DNA of 64,000 bases from Takakia lepidozioides (GCA_030704615.1 CM060733.1:42966001-43030000), one strand, 5' to 3'. Shown: positions 1 through 13,860, counted from the first letter of the stretch. Notes: a model not told the origin generated them from the sequence alone. Numbers and translations are program-made.

Positions 1-2240
1 GTTGAAGGGCCAACCAGAATTTCTTGTCATTACCACCATGGTGGTTTGAGTTTATTTCACTGTATAACTTGTCCCAGTATAATTTCTTCTGAGACCTAAC
101 AAGCTGATTGATATCTTTACGGAGCTGGTAGTACCTCGCCCACAATTCTCTGTTGGTTTCCAAATTGCAGCACTCTTTATAGAGGGCTCGTCTCTCAGCT
201 ATCTTGAGTTTAATCTCATTAGTCCACCAATTAACTGCTCTACCGCAGACAATTAGTTTCCTCCCAATGATCTTGTCAGCCACGGAGGAAACGAAACTCT
301 CCCAAGAGTCCACTGCTCTTTCGACTTCATTTCTTGCGTTAACAGAGCGTGACTGAAGTTCTTGGAGCGATTGGACAAAATGAGGGAGAGCCTCTTGCAA
401 GGCCTGGACATACTCAGCCTTGACCTCCTCATTGTGGAATTTTCTATGCGCCACTTCCGAATCGAACGTTTCACAGATCTCTTGGTGGTGGGAAAACACC
501 TTTTGATCTCAGTCCAAACCAGGAAGTGGTCAGAGGTACCAATATCAGTTCTGTCGATCAACACATTGGCACACTGGGGGAACAAAATTTTGTCCATTAT
601 GATATAGTCCACAATGGAACGTTCCCCAGTTTGGGGTTTCTCACGAGTCCACTGCACTTGGTCACCTCTTGTCCTGTTATTCAAGGTCAAAAGCTGAAGC
701 TCTTCTAGACAGTTAATTAACCGTCTGCCATTAGAATTCAGCTCGTCCTCACCAAAAGGTCCAATGATATCGTCCTGATGGATCCCTTTGCCCACCCGGG
801 CATTGAAGTCCCCAATAGTACCACCTGACCTTTGGCAAGGAACGAAGCACAGTCCAGCTTTACATCTTCGAAGGCCTTGTCTGCGTCAGCACTAAGGGTC
901 CCCTCTGTGGGCATGTAAACACAACCAACAAAGAGGTCCTTTGTACTCATGCCGCCCTTCAAATTCAGTTTTAGCCAGATACTATGCTCGTACCTCAAAC
1001 CCTTGTTGATAATTTCACAATTATCAAACAAGAAATCACGGACAAAGAATCCAACCCCTTTTTGACCGCGTTTGGCAGAGGCTGCCTTGAGAGTACACAT
1101 CTTACCTGCCCATTTATAACCAATGACATCTCCAACCAGTTTATCCGACGTTTCCCATGTTTCTTGCCCAGCACAGATATGAATATCATTAGTCCGAAGA
1201 ACTTGTCCCACTTCAAGTTGTTTCCTTTGGTTGGTCAACCCTGAGAAGTTGAAAGTGGCCAGCCGCAAGCCAGCCCTTTGCGTGTGAATTGTTTGTCGTC
1301 TAGGTAGCTTGTGATTGCTCCTGGACGGCCAACCGTTCTGTAAAGGGGGGGACAGTTACCCCATGTGTAGATTTTGCTCGTCTTGTGTAAACTTTGAGAA
1401 TTGGTAAACCATTCAGGGTACCAAATCTTTCAGTTACACGACGCACAGGCTCCGCACACATAGGGGCAGATTGTCCGTCAGACTGCTTGGGGACAATTAC
1501 CCCGTGTATAGATTTTGCTCGTCTTGTGTAGACTTTGAGGATTGGTAAACCATTTAGAGTACCAAATCCTTCAGTTACACGACGTTCAGGCTCTGCACAC
1601 TTAGGGACAGATTGTCCACTACCCATGTATAGAATTTGTTCGCCTTGTGTAAACCTTGAGGATTGGTAAACCATTCAGAGTACCAAATCCTTCAGATTCA
1701 GGACGTTCAGGTTCCGTACACTTAGGAGCATCTTGTCCTTCTGGCTGTTTGGATTCAACCTCATCCAGAGCATCAAACCGATTAGAAACTCTCAAGTTGA
1801 AGTTGTTGCCCTTGGTTGTCTTCCTAGAGCGCCCCATTGAATCACCAATGTCTAAGACCGCTCTCCAGCCAGTCAAGGGACAAACTTCTTTGAGATTGAA
1901 TTGATGCGGGACTCTATTAGAAGCACTTTTGGTCATGTTATCAAGTCTCGAGATGGTACCATTAGCCATGAAATCCAAGCCTAAGCTAGAGCATGTAGTT
2001 TTAAAGGACACATCGTCCATCCTGGGATTCACCCCAAAAACTACACATGAAGCCCTAGATTTGGCATAAGTAACCAATTCCCAGGGCATATTCAAGGACA
2101 GAGAGAGAGCCAGAGGGTTCAAGCAACTCTTCAGCACTGGTCTCCAGGACTTCTCCATGTCTCCCACCACCAACTCTCCTTGAAGTATAGGTCTGCCTGT
2201 CTCAGATTTAGCAGGCAGGGAGCTTAGTTTTAGCACAGTA
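1..2240 (-). mobile_element. 5' part of a LINE (RTE-X/CR1-like): ORF1-like region plus AP-endonuclease, frameshifted, running off the window edge
   Basis: 738-1268 begins RLATFNFSGL and has GQETW, GVGFFV and GCVYMP; it continues after a frameshift in 253-795 (NSNGRRL, SIVDYI, SDHFLV), giving APE motifs. Upstream ORF 1619-2236 has the SNRFDAL motif seen in LINE ORF1 proteins. The 5' boundary is uncertain. Confidence 0.85.
1361..1737 (-). repeat. Three-copy coding tandem repeat in the LINE 5' ORF (unit starts 141 and 121 bp apart)
   Basis: Units begin at 1361, 1502 and 1623, each encoding PKCAEPERRVTEGFGTLNGLPILKVYTRRAKSIHG-like peptides. Confidence 0.9.
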
Positions 2241-4789
2241 AAGTGGCATATAAGGGTTTGTCAAATCAGGACTGTGTAGCTGGTTGCTGGGGTGTGTAGT
2301 CTCTGGTCTTACATGCTGGCTTGATGGGGGTACTCAATCGTCATGCTGTGCCACAATTTGTCTAGAAACATAGGGGTCGGAGTAGCTGCTCTGTGGTCTC
2401 TCGGTCTTTCTGTGCTGCACTTTAAACAGAGATGTATGCCTAGGTGTAAACTCTGGTTTGTATAATGATTCATGCAGGTCTGGGGGACCTATGTCATGGA
2501 GGTTGTGGCATCATGCATTTGTATGAGTTTCATCCATTTGGTGCCTTTCAGGTGAGTTATAAGATGCTGCCAGCAATGGCAAACTGTAGGAACTGCAATG
2601 GGCGCTTGAATGCATATGAATAGATTGCAGTAATTCTTGTGATCTTCTTTCTCCTTAAACTGCAAAGCCAATACTCTCAGTATTTCAGGGGGTTCTACTC
2701 CAGTTACTAGAAGTTAGTGCCCGACCTGTTCTAAGGGGTTGATCCTCATGTAATACATTATTTGCAAACCTGAGGTTTATAGATCCAGCTAGTTAGTACA
2801 ATGCTTGCATGTAAGGTCTTGTTGCTTGGTTGCAGCTTACATTTACAGCTGAGAATGTATGGATGCGGTTGCCAGCTCGCGGGCGTCTTGGCAAGGCATG
2901 ACAGAGTAGGCATGGGCTTGCTGGTGCCAGGAGTTGTAGGTGGCCATTTGGTTGGGGCCTTTATATCATACTTCCTGGACCAGCAAGCTCGGTCAGGGTT
3001 TCTGAAGTCATTCCCTCACTGGCTCCCATACCAGGTTTCAAGAAACAGCACACTCCTGCAGTCTTTCAGGTCGTATAGTGCGTCTCTTTCAAGGAACTTG
3101 AGGAGCATTTTTTACCCTGGCCCCATCGACCTGCCACATTCTGAAAAGGGTGGAGTGAGTGTTTTCCAAGGTGGGGTTCCTGGTTGGAATCAAGCTGTAA
3201 CTCGGCGGGCCTTAGGGGGATTCGCGGGAGGTTTTGGCGGGGTCTCGGGTTTGAAATGCGCACTCACCTCATCATCTTTTGCTCAAGCTCCCATCTCTTC
3301 CTGGAGTAATAGTTCCTTTGACTGGGGAGGATGGTCAGACTCATCATCAAGTGGAGGTCAGCTGTGGGTAACACAGTACAACCAAGCAGGGGCTAGAGGT
3401 CCACTAAGACAGGGCTCGCAGGGTACTGTACGGCCAAGTGTCGAGTTAGAGGCCAGCAGTGCATGCTCACAAGTACATTCGACACTCCAGACACAAAGGC
3501 AGTGTGCAAGTTCAGATCCTGAAGATGCTGATAGCTGGTAGAAGGCTTTATGCTTAAAAAATTTCACTCCATTACTGCGGGACCTTTACAGCTCTGGCTA
3601 CTATCTGAAGTTTTCACAGATGTGTTGATACTAGGACAGCTGCTGCTTCTGGGATTACATACAATGACTTCAGTTTTTTGTGAAATGAGGAAGGACTGGT
3701 AGTGGCCACATTTATTTTCAATTTTCCCTCTGATGCAAGAAGAAGGTAGTGTGAAGGGGTGGAAGACAATCTAGAAGCACGAGAGACAGATTGCCAGACA
3801 AATGAGTATGGTACAGACATAGAACCATGCAACTACCTGTGCCTGTTCTTTTTTGGTGCAATCTATGTCCATGCAATGACGCAGGCTGTTGTGGACCAGC
3901 TGTCAGAATCATACGACTTAGGTCTCTTTCACACCAACCTAGTGTTCATCATTTGTTGCCATGGCAAGATGGAGTGTTGCAGGCAAGAAAACCGAGCGTG
4001 GGGTTGTCATGTTTGTTGCATCAGAGGTACTCTTCGCTGTATTTCATTCCTGCTGTTTTGTTTGTTTTAACTACCACAAGAGGAGTTGCAATGATTGATG
4101 GATCTGTAGATGTGATGGGAGTGAAAGCTCTAATAATAGAGAACCCCTCTTTGCGGTAAGAACAAGTTCACCATGATATCTACCAAGCCTACGATTGTTG
4201 GAGAAGAGCTGAAGGAAATTCGCACGGGATACTTCAAAAGATGTTAGTGCAACCCATGGATGCAGTAGTTCCCATGATAAACAATCTTTTGTGCCTTGCT
4301 ATGTGTGGGAGGAACAGTGGTGTATTCCTGTGTGAGAGATGTGGGCAAGCATCCCCACAACGAGACTTCCTCCCCCTGGCATAACACACTCGAGGGTGGT
4401 AACATGTAATACATCTGAAGGGCTTGTGTAAAGAAATTGAGAAACTGTTGTCTGTCGCTTGATGATGGGTCCATGATTAGGTTTCATTCACCATGAAAAT
4501 ACCTTGTCTTGCATGTTATGCCTCTCATGAAACAGACATTGGAGAACATTATACACCAGAATGATATAAGATTGTGCAGTATAATGAAAGTGTATTAGGG
4601 TTGTGATTTATCCAGGAAAAACAAACAGAGTGGAAACATACCCCAGTGATTCCAAATGATGCAAAGCGATGTGTGCCTTGTACTGCATGTTTTATTGCAG
4701 GAGCTATGCCTGCTGTGCAACGCATCCATTTCATTTCCCTTTGTTGTACGCAAGTGTTCTGTACAGGTCAAGACTCTAGCTTATGGTCA

Positions 4790-5100
4790 CTAATGTTTGA
4801 ATGGTTCATTGGGAGGTGGTTTAGATAGAGGATCATCAAGCATCCGAACTTCTTTTGGGTCGTAGTCGCGCCGCAAGCTATCACCCCCAAATTCATGTCC
4901 ACCAAATACATGCAGCCCTCCAGAAACTGGAGAGGTGGTTGCACTCCAGACAAACATGTGAAGCTCCTTAGCATCATCCTCCGATTTGGGGGATGCCCTT
5001 GGGTCAATAATCTTCTTTGTAATTTGAGATGCCTTAGGGGAATAGACTGGAGGTCCATTATTACCGTTGGTTCCCCGGCCACTCACACTCATACCAGGAA
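4790..5100 (-). pseudogene. PIN: Isolated fragment of a PIN auxin efflux carrier (hydrophilic loop only)
   Basis: KKIIDPRASPKSEDDAKELHMFVWSATTSPVSGGLHVFGG...DPKEVRML matches the conserved ELHMFVWS loop motif of canonical PINs, in a moss-like context. No transmembrane exons were found nearby. Confidence 0.85.
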
Positions 5101-6391
5101 CCCCCTGCGATCTGAGAAGAAAATTCCATATTTCTTATCTTGAAAATTCGGGCTTTTAGTGAGGGTGCTAGAGCAGCATTTGGGTAGAAGCATGAGATGC
5201 CAAGCCGTCAGGTGGTTGTAGGCCAGAAGATGGTTAGGGAGGGATTGGGGAGAATGTTTTTCTTCGCCAAGGGCTGAAGAAACAAATGTTTGGTAAAAGT
5301 TGCGGTTAACAGACAAGGCTGACAGATGGACTGACATGGCTTGCTTGTATGTTCCAACTGCAAACCTCTTGCATGCCTTGCTGACATTGCTCTGAAACCT
5401 GCTCCACCCTTTAGAAATTAGCACAGCTACCTCATACTCAAACAGAAATACATGACGCACAAAGTTCACAAAACAATGTTCCGAAATTCCATCCACTTCA
5501 TTACAATTACAAAACAAAATAAGACCCACAGTCAAAAATTGTTTATGGTGGATTGGGATGGAAGGTGGCAAGGCAAAAACCAGGGGGCGCATGTGCATTA
5601 CACACTGCAATTGTATCATCATTTCGCAAACAACACATTCACGACGTGCTATCACTCTCTAGGGCTGATGCTATCACTCTCTAGGGCTGACATACGTGTC
5701 GGGGAATAACAACCCCTTGCAGCTGCTCAGTCACTCCCCCCGCCCCCCCCAACCTTCTTTTGTGTCAAAACATCCGGCAGCGCCATGTTTAATCCAAGTG
5801 ATTTATAGTCTGCCACCCATTCCGGCCCTCCTAGTGCAATTTGTACTACAAGCATTCACAAAGGACGTATCCAATGCAAAGAAAAAGATGCAGTGCCACC
5901 ACTGGTGCTGAGGTCCACTTCAATGCCTGGGTTTCTTGCACAGCCGAGCAGGTACATAAAATGAAAATGAAGTTATTTGCGTGAAGAATGGTTGCAGACC
6001 TTCTAGACCCAACTGTCAAACAGTGAATATTAACTCTTTGCTTTTGAGCCATAAACTTCAATTTCCAATGGTGATTGCTGGCATAATTGCAGATGAACTC
6101 ATAATAATTGTGAAGTGCTGCATTCCGGAAGTGGGAGGACAATGGCTTCCTTCCGTTCTCTGCACTTGGATGCCAACAAAGGTGAGTCGGAAATAAGAAA
6201 AGTACCAACATTATAGACCAAAAGTTGTTGTACATTAGATGTGTCTCCTCCACCTACTCAATGTACTGTGGGCCTCCCTTAATGAAGACAGGCAAATTGT
6301 ACCCCAAGCAATTTATTTGCTTGCTCGCCCCTGGGAAGCCCCTTTGTACCCAGGTAGTGTTTCTCAGTAGTGTGTGCTCATCATGCCAATT

Positions 6392-9188
6392 TCAAGGCTC
6401 ACTCTGTCGAAAGAACGTCAGTGCCTCAAAGGCAACCTTCCTCTCCACAACCGAGGCAGACACAAGGTCTGCACCTCCTGAAAATGGTTCTGCATTGGGA
6501 TTGTGACACACCTCAGAAAACAATTCCCAAATAGGTGTTATACTTCAAGGGTCTCCTACCTGACAAAACGTACTACGAGAGTAGGAATCAATTCCACAAG
6601 AGCAGTGAATTAACTTTTGATTCACAAAGAGAGAGAGGCTTGAGTAAGGTAGCTGATCTGCTAACAAAATCCCAAGCAAAGTATGCATGCCTTAAATCCC
6701 TATTACTGAGTCTGGTTACCTGCTTTAGGAGGTAAAAAGCCTGCATCCATGGCTGATATTGGCAAGACATGAAATTCTGGAGAAGAGGTTACTTGTGAGC
6801 TGCTTAGTTCAAGTGTTCCTGGTGACTCTGGAGTGCAGGGAGCCACACCCACCGGAGCTACTCCAACTCGAGGTGTGGAAGTTCCAGCAGTTGACGGCAT
6901 GGTTTTAAGTGCAGATTCGACCTCAAGAGTGGAAGTTCTTTGCAGTTCCTGCATTTGCATAATGATCTTGCAAGGAAAAGACCATCAAGAACTCACACTG
7001 TCTCATTACTCATATAAGGGGAGGAAAAGAGTACAAAAGATCTCAGAGATTCAGAACCATTCCTACGTAGGATGTAAAGGATAACAGCTAAGGTCAACCT
7101 TCAAAACAAAATAAAGTAGACCTAGAAAAAAGAAGCTGCTCAAACTATAGTAAAAACACTTTTCGGTTGCAAGATCTTCCCTGCTAAGCAAGAAGTGTTG
7201 CTATCAGAAGATACCCATGAGTGAGGTAGGCCACCCTTGGGCTCCAGAGGTAGTCTAGCAATTTCTAAACAAGATTCAAAACTACACCAGTGACTCTGAA
7301 TAGCTTGAGACCCTAGAGATAAGCTGCTGCCAGGATGGAGAGTCTCTAGCCAAGTGTGTCAGCTCACCTGTGTCTGCGTAAGAGGCTGTGGCAGACCAGA
7401 CTTGAGCTGGTGAACACCATGTAGAGGATGCCCTGGCCCACCAATTGTCTCAGCCTCTACACATCTATTGACACCCACAATTTGGTAGAAACTAAAGAAG
7501 CTTAAAACCCCACATCCTTTTCATCTGGAAGCATGGAGATTGCATAGCCACAAACTATGGTGTTGAAGCACTTAGAGACTGAAAGTATGCAGAGTCACCA
7601 AATTACAATACAATATTAAGACCACACCACAAAATTGGTACAAACAAAGTAAAAAATTAAGGAAGGTGCTGGGCCTTATTTGTGCTATTCTTTTGCCCGC
7701 CCATTACATCTTTGTTTGACCAGGTACAATCAATTCCCATTCTATGGAACAGTCACTGAATAGCACGCCTCAGAGCCTTGAACAGGAGACAACTCAAGCA
7801 ACATCAACCCAGGGCCTGATTCACCTGTCTCTTTCGTTTCATAGGCACTAGGTAACCCTGGTGCAGCATGATCAAGAACGTGGCGTGTCACGGGTCCAGG
7901 GTTCATGATAGACATGCCCGTCCGCATCTCATGGCGAATGGCCTCCAGCTGTGCCATTGTCTCCCGCAGCTCCTTGTGCACCTATTTGAAGGGGTGGTTG
8001 TTTAGCACATCTCCTCTTTAAGACAATTTGCCTTGGATTGCAACAAGTTGAAATTGCATTTGAGTACTGAAGATAGCCTGCTGGGATTCATGATCAGCTT
8101 ACTTGAGATGAATTCATGCCACTAAAGCAAGGGTTGCAAAACCATCCCCCACCCTTGTCTCTTTTGCAAGGGAACAAAAAAACCCAATCGCAACCTTAAC
8201 AAAGGAAAAAAAATCCTTCTTTTCCTTCTTTTTTCTGTGTGTTTGATTTGTGTGTGTGCATTCCGTTGAAAACCTTGGCTACAAAGAGACCAGTACCAAA
8301 GGGAAATCTAAATTTACAAGAAATAAGCTCTGGATCCAAACCATATGTCCCTAGGGAAAGAAAACTTATGTGCTCCAAGAACAGGAGAGGTGTGCGAACA
8401 GTTTCACAATCACCGTATTGATCTCGGATCGTTGCAAAATGGGATCAAGCTGCCCACGAGCATTTTGAATGTAGCCCACGGCCTTTCCTGTCAGCCTTCC
8501 TGCTGCTCTCCCGATTATTACTATGTCTTTGGGTCCTGCGCAATCAGAGTTCGTTCAGAACCCAGACTTCGGAGACATCCGTTAACATAGATTGCAATTC
8601 AAGTGCAGGAGATACGGCGATGCTCTCAAAGTACTGAAATCATTTGCAAAGCAACAATTTACAGTCGTTCCTGGCTAGGGTGTGAGATGTGGGCTTAGGC
8701 AAGTCGCCACCTTGCTATTAATTGACAGCAATGATTTGCTATTCCTCACAGCTGAATGCCAACGATTAACACTCAAAGCGTAACAGATGGAGCTCCATCA
8801 GAACTTCAATACATTTTGGACTTTCTCTACGCCAACTACCCAGGGGGCGCTGCTTGCTGGATGGGCCACAAACGTAGCCATGGTATAGCTCAAGCTCGAA
8901 CTTACAAAACGTAGTTCCAGCCCTTCAAAGACACATTTTCAGTCATGACTTATCAAATTAAATGGCTGCACGGAAGAATTAGACTCCCGATACAAGACAA
9001 GCGTGCTCCTTTCACAAAATTCCTCACTTGGAGTTCGGACGCACTTTCTGATTGCTTCGCTAACAATTTTTGCGACCTCAAAAACGGCACAAAAGCAAAG
9101 AGAGGACGGAGAGTCAAAACGCACCAAAAAGAGCCACACCGGCACCCACAATTAGGGCGACTTCACCCACTGAAAATCCAAACAACAT
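6392..9188 (-). CDS. TATB: Mitochondrial TatB-like protein (At5g43680 family); exons 9125-9188, 8414-8535, 7825-7981, 7368-7456, 6720-6948, 6392-6489
   Basis: Spliced by hand with GT-AG introns and consistent phases: MLFGFSVGEVALIVGAGVALFGPKDIVIIGRAAGRLTGKAVGYIQNARGQL...VHKELRETMAQLEAIRHEMR...NPGP...GADLVSASVVERKVAFEALTFFRQSEP*. Shows a TM helix, the FGP hinge and an amphipathic helix. Confidence 0.88.
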
Positions 9189-10846
9189 GCTGCCTGCGAT
9201 GTGTTTGCTCCAACATCACTCCCGTCCCATCTCCCGATTATTCCATGCGAGGCAAGGAGTCTGAGCAAGGCAAGCACCTGATACCTACTGCAAGTGCGAG
9301 AAACCCCTTACAGGCTTCCTCGAAAAACTTACTAAACCTATGAAGGGAAAGAACTTGAAATCAATACACCCGCCCCTTTGTGCTAACGCATGTCATTTGT
9401 CGTGTGAACGTCAATTTATAACGAGGAAGCCCACTCACATTCACATATCAATGAGAAGCCACATTTTATGAGCTTGCAAATTCCCGGGGTTGGGTACCAG
9501 GCACCGGAGTTCTGGGGGAGGGGAAGAGATTCAAGCACAAAAAGGCCCGATGTGATTGGTGTAGAGTGCAGCGCTACATAATTGCTGGCGTTGTCTTCAT
9601 CTTCATTGTCTGGGTATGTGCTGGATATAACCCCCTTGTGCATAGTGGTCAACATTGTCAAACACAAACGGTTTATGTGACAAGTTTGCGGTTTATTACT
9701 GTGTTGCTATGCTCTAAAATTCAAGCTTTGATAGCAACGTTGTCGACTGCCACTCAACTTGTCCCCTTTTTCTTCCAATGATGTGATTCTCATTAGTTTC
9801 TCCTTAGCATTAGTGTTTACACATAGCATCAAGTCCGGTGCAGGTCGTCTATACCATCTGGACAAGCAATGATTGAGAGGTTCTTATGTGACTGGTGAGG
9901 CTCTCCGTGTTTAGGATGGTGCTTGTTTGCATATGAGGTGTGAATTCATTTTATTACTGCAGCTGTTGTACTGCAAAGATTGACCTCGCTTTCTGCTCAA
10001 TATGCATGCCATATAAGGTAACCACCGCTCTTTAGTCAAGCTGACATAAACACCATATTACCAATGGCAACTGACGTAATATTGTGGAGTGTTGTTACTG
10101 TCAATGCATTGGGGCATGAGCATATGTTCTAAGCTTCTTGTAAATATGAGTAACGACTACAACTCTAGACAACAGATTGACAGGACTTTGCTGGTTGTCA
10201 GCCACGAATGTGACATGTATGCATTGCATCCCACACTTAAGTTACCGATTGTGCATCAGGAAAGTGCTAATAGCATAGCAATCAAGATTGGAGCATTGTG
10301 CTCATAGCGGTGATCAAATTGCAAGTTCCGGAGTAACGTGTTCATCCATCAATCCTCTTTGCAGAAGAACTTGAAGAAATCTATTTAGATTGCTTGCTCA
10401 AGAAACATCTTATTGTAGCCACCGTGTCTGATCATTGTCCAAGGTACTAAAAACCTGACTTCATGCTATCAGAAAGACATCTTTTGGTTTTAGAGTGTCT
10501 CGAGTCCCCTTCGATCATTCTAAAGTGATGTTAGAGGACAGTTCTCCTAGGGTGATAATGGGTAGAAAGTAATCAACCCACCTTTTTATGCTCCAATGCC
10601 CATTTCTCCTCTGGTATGTGATGCATTACGAATGGAGAAAATTGTTAAAAAAATTGAAACAATTGTCACTAACTCATCCCGTCTACCTTGAGCCATGTTC
10701 CTTGCCTATCCCAATTCCAATCCATTTCTGGACTATCCAGATTGTCCGTAAGTGCGGAAGGGAGTAACACCATCCCAATTCCAATTCCAATCCTATATTG
10801 TTATAGGTTGTAAGCAACTATTCATATAACAAACACTAAACAAAAC

Positions 10847-12330
10847 TTACATGCTTGTTGACTCTCCGTCCATTTGAACATGTCCCTTTTGCCTTGTTGT
10901 CATCCCACTACTTTGGCCTCCAGTCATGCCACCTCTTCCTCTTTGGCCTCTGGTAGGACCTCTTTCTTCTCTCTTGTGTGTAGGACCCCCACTACCCCCT
11001 CCTCCTCCTCCACCTGGAGGATGTGACCCTTGGGGCACATACAGAAGCTTGCCAAGTCTACTCTTGAGCTGTCGCAAACGGCTCAAGTCATCTGCAATTC
11101 AAAATGTACTAGTAAACATGAGGTAAATGTATTATGATTGAAAATCAAAATCAAACTAGTTTGCTACTCCAACAATTTCAAGACTACCATTGAAATCATT
11201 TCTTCTAGTGTATGGAAAAAGTATACCTGGAGCAAGAAAGCGCTTTTCTCGCTTGCAGTCATAGAGCTCGGTCGGAACACAATTGAAGGAGTAGACTGAA
11301 CAGTAACTCCCTGACTTCGACAATGGTGGTGTGATCGTAAATGGAGCATATGGTGCTCCTCTCAAAAAAGCATGGAGTGGAGCAATTGAATCCAGAATTT
11401 ATATAAGAGCTCTTTCGAAATAGGTCATTGATCGACGTGACACTAAATGTGTTAATGGGATGTAGCTCACACTGACCTAGCATATCGACAAATCCTAGTA
11501 CACAGGGTTGAAATGGGGCACATGGCTGTGATGATGGCTAGCTTCCATCTGAGGAAGCAGCTGATGAGGATTGTGAACTCATCAATCCAGGTACAGATAT
11601 CCTGGCCCCGTAGACCTTCCCAACTTGAAGGTTGTCCAGGAGGTCTGTATCAATTGCCATCTGCAGGTCAAGTCAATCTCAATTCAATACAATATACCCT
11701 GAAACCTAAGGAGATGGAGAGAAAAGGAGAGAAAGAGAGAGATTGCGTGAGAAGGGGGTTATGTGTTGGAAGCACTTATGCTTCAGTTCAATTCTTCCTT
11801 TTGTCGATTGGATCTGTAAAGCCATCTCGCTTATTAGCCCACACTAACGCTTCTTGTATCCACAAATAACATGGCAAGAACTGCCACGCCCAACCTAAGG
11901 TTCGGAGCTGAGGAAGACCAAGTTCCAATGTCTCTACAAATATGGTCGAAGTGCATATGCTACTTGCCCAGCTAAATCCACTGATACAACATTTTTCCCT
12001 ATAACCGAGCCCTTTAATCTGAATGAACTGGGAGGCCAGAAAAATAGATGGCAGTATTCTTAAGACCATGATATGTTTCTACAACCCTACACCTAGCTGG
12101 GCATCGAGAGGCTGGGCTCCAAAGCAACCTTGAAACGGGTGGTTTTTTTTCCTACAAAACAGCTTGCCAACTGCACTACGAAGTGTAATGACTGAGACCA
12201 ACACCTTGTTCTCCAGCGAAAGGGTATCATTTCAGTCTTCCCCAATGGACGCTTTCCACTTTGGGCTTTCTCACGAGACCACTACAATGGGCAAGTGGTG
12301 GTTTCTAGGGTTGACATGTGTGGGGCAACC
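10847..12330 (-). pseudogene. Decayed unidentified multi-exon or transposon-accessory ORF
   Basis: Same-strand coding-like blocks with internal stops (11788-12069; MAIDTDLLDNLQVGKVYG after a cag acceptor near 11660; Gly/Arg-rich final block 10847-11086). No family recognised. Confidence 0.3.
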
Positions 12331-12893
12331 TTCTAGAAAGGTCCCCCACCGCTTGAGGGGGTGGGGCCGCCGCCTTGAGATGGTATATAAAGGAGAAGAG
12401 CACTCTCATCCCCTCCCTCTTACTACTTCCTAACAAGTACCAATGTTGTACCAGTATTAGAATTTGGACATACCATAGTGGTACTGGTATTGAACTATGG
12501 ACTAAATTTGAGATATGGCACGTCCTGGTATTACATTAATTTAACAACTTTAGATACATAACTGGTATAAATAAATAAAAATTGAATATTTTTTAATCTG
12601 GTATAAATATAGAGTAGGTGTTGATGATACCCTACATATATCCGGGTCTAGTATTCATAGCAAACCTTAAGATAATAAGAGCATTGCTATTAAAAAAAAT
12701 CCTGAATAGATATTATATATCAAAAAAAAAAAATAGTGATACAAAATACCTCCATTTGCAACAAGTTTAGCCACTAGTACCAAGAAAAGATGAAATAAAC
12801 GCACCATAATCATGGCATTGAATGTGCAACTATGGCAACGGCCAATGCCACCCTAAAATTTACAGCCACCGCCACTAAACATAGAAGAAGCGC

Positions 12894-13072
12894 ATAGACA
12901 ACCAAGTTGTAGCCCAATGGTAATGGGCACATACCACCTCGGAACTGGTTGTGGGTTCAATCCACCCTTGGTGTCATAAAGGTGTCCACCTTCTTAGTGG
13001 AAGGCAGTACCCCCTTCGGGGTGTAGAGACACCATGATTTACGCTTCCTTTGGGAGGCATCAAATATTTATT
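12894..13072 (+). mobile_element. tRNA-derived SINE, family 1, copy 1
   Basis: A-box TAGCCCAATGG and B-box GGTTCAATCC; perfect 12-bp TSD tagaagaagcgc at 12882-12893 and 13073-13084; homologous copies near 33.0, 35.7 and 63.6 kb. Confidence 0.9.
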
Positions 13073-13860
13073 TAGAAGAAGCGCTGCCCAACTTGTAATG
13101 TACAACCAACACTCCGAGGGACTTTGTCACACCAATGGGGGGGAGTACTGGTATCTACAAGGTATGACATAAATGAATACCACAGTGGTATTATAGAAGC
13201 CATGGTATAATTAAAGATTTATTGGATGCAACTTGTTCATAACCAGGGCATTTCTCTTGGTTGATATTAGGCTGGTAGGGTCTTGATACCATTGCATATA
13301 CGTGTGCACATACCAGATAGTACCCTATAGACCGGTATAACATTGGTTAGTACCTATTTTAGTCGGATTTGCATAGCAGGGCGGACCCCCAAAAAGGGCA
13401 AACATGAACCATAGCTATATTAATTAATGGAACAACTGAATAGATACTGGGTAGGAACATTTCTTTAAGGTTACTTTTTGTGGACGATTCAGGGTACGGA
13501 ATTTTGGCATCATCCATGCAACTATATACGAGTGTTGTGCGGTTATTTGATTTTTTCAATATCAGCCGGTTATGGATGTTTGACTTTGACTTTGTGTTCA
13601 CATCCTCCGGATTCGGGATTTTGGAGCTTTCCCGTTTTTGATATCATGCTAGTTTGCAACAAATACAAAATTTAACCCTATGCGGTTATGGACAAATGGA
13701 GTTTATGTGAGGATGGCATATGGCGGTTCAATATCCGGTTATCAAACAAATCCAGGTTTTTTTCAGTAAAGTAAAATAATCCAAAATTAAAAAAATTAAT
13801 GTATTAAATACTAAGAAAAATAGTTATAATTATTAGTAGAAGAGTGCTGTTATGAGACCC

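Noticed and set aside
2801-3541. 246-aa plus-strand ORF
   Set aside because: No recognisable domain; probably a shadow frame of decayed TE-like sequence.
12905-12970. tRNA genes at the A/B-box sites (also 14030-14100, 33005, 35665, 61880)
   Set aside because: No proper cloverleaf was evident; they have unrelated 3' bodies, tails and in some cases TSDs, so they are SINEs.
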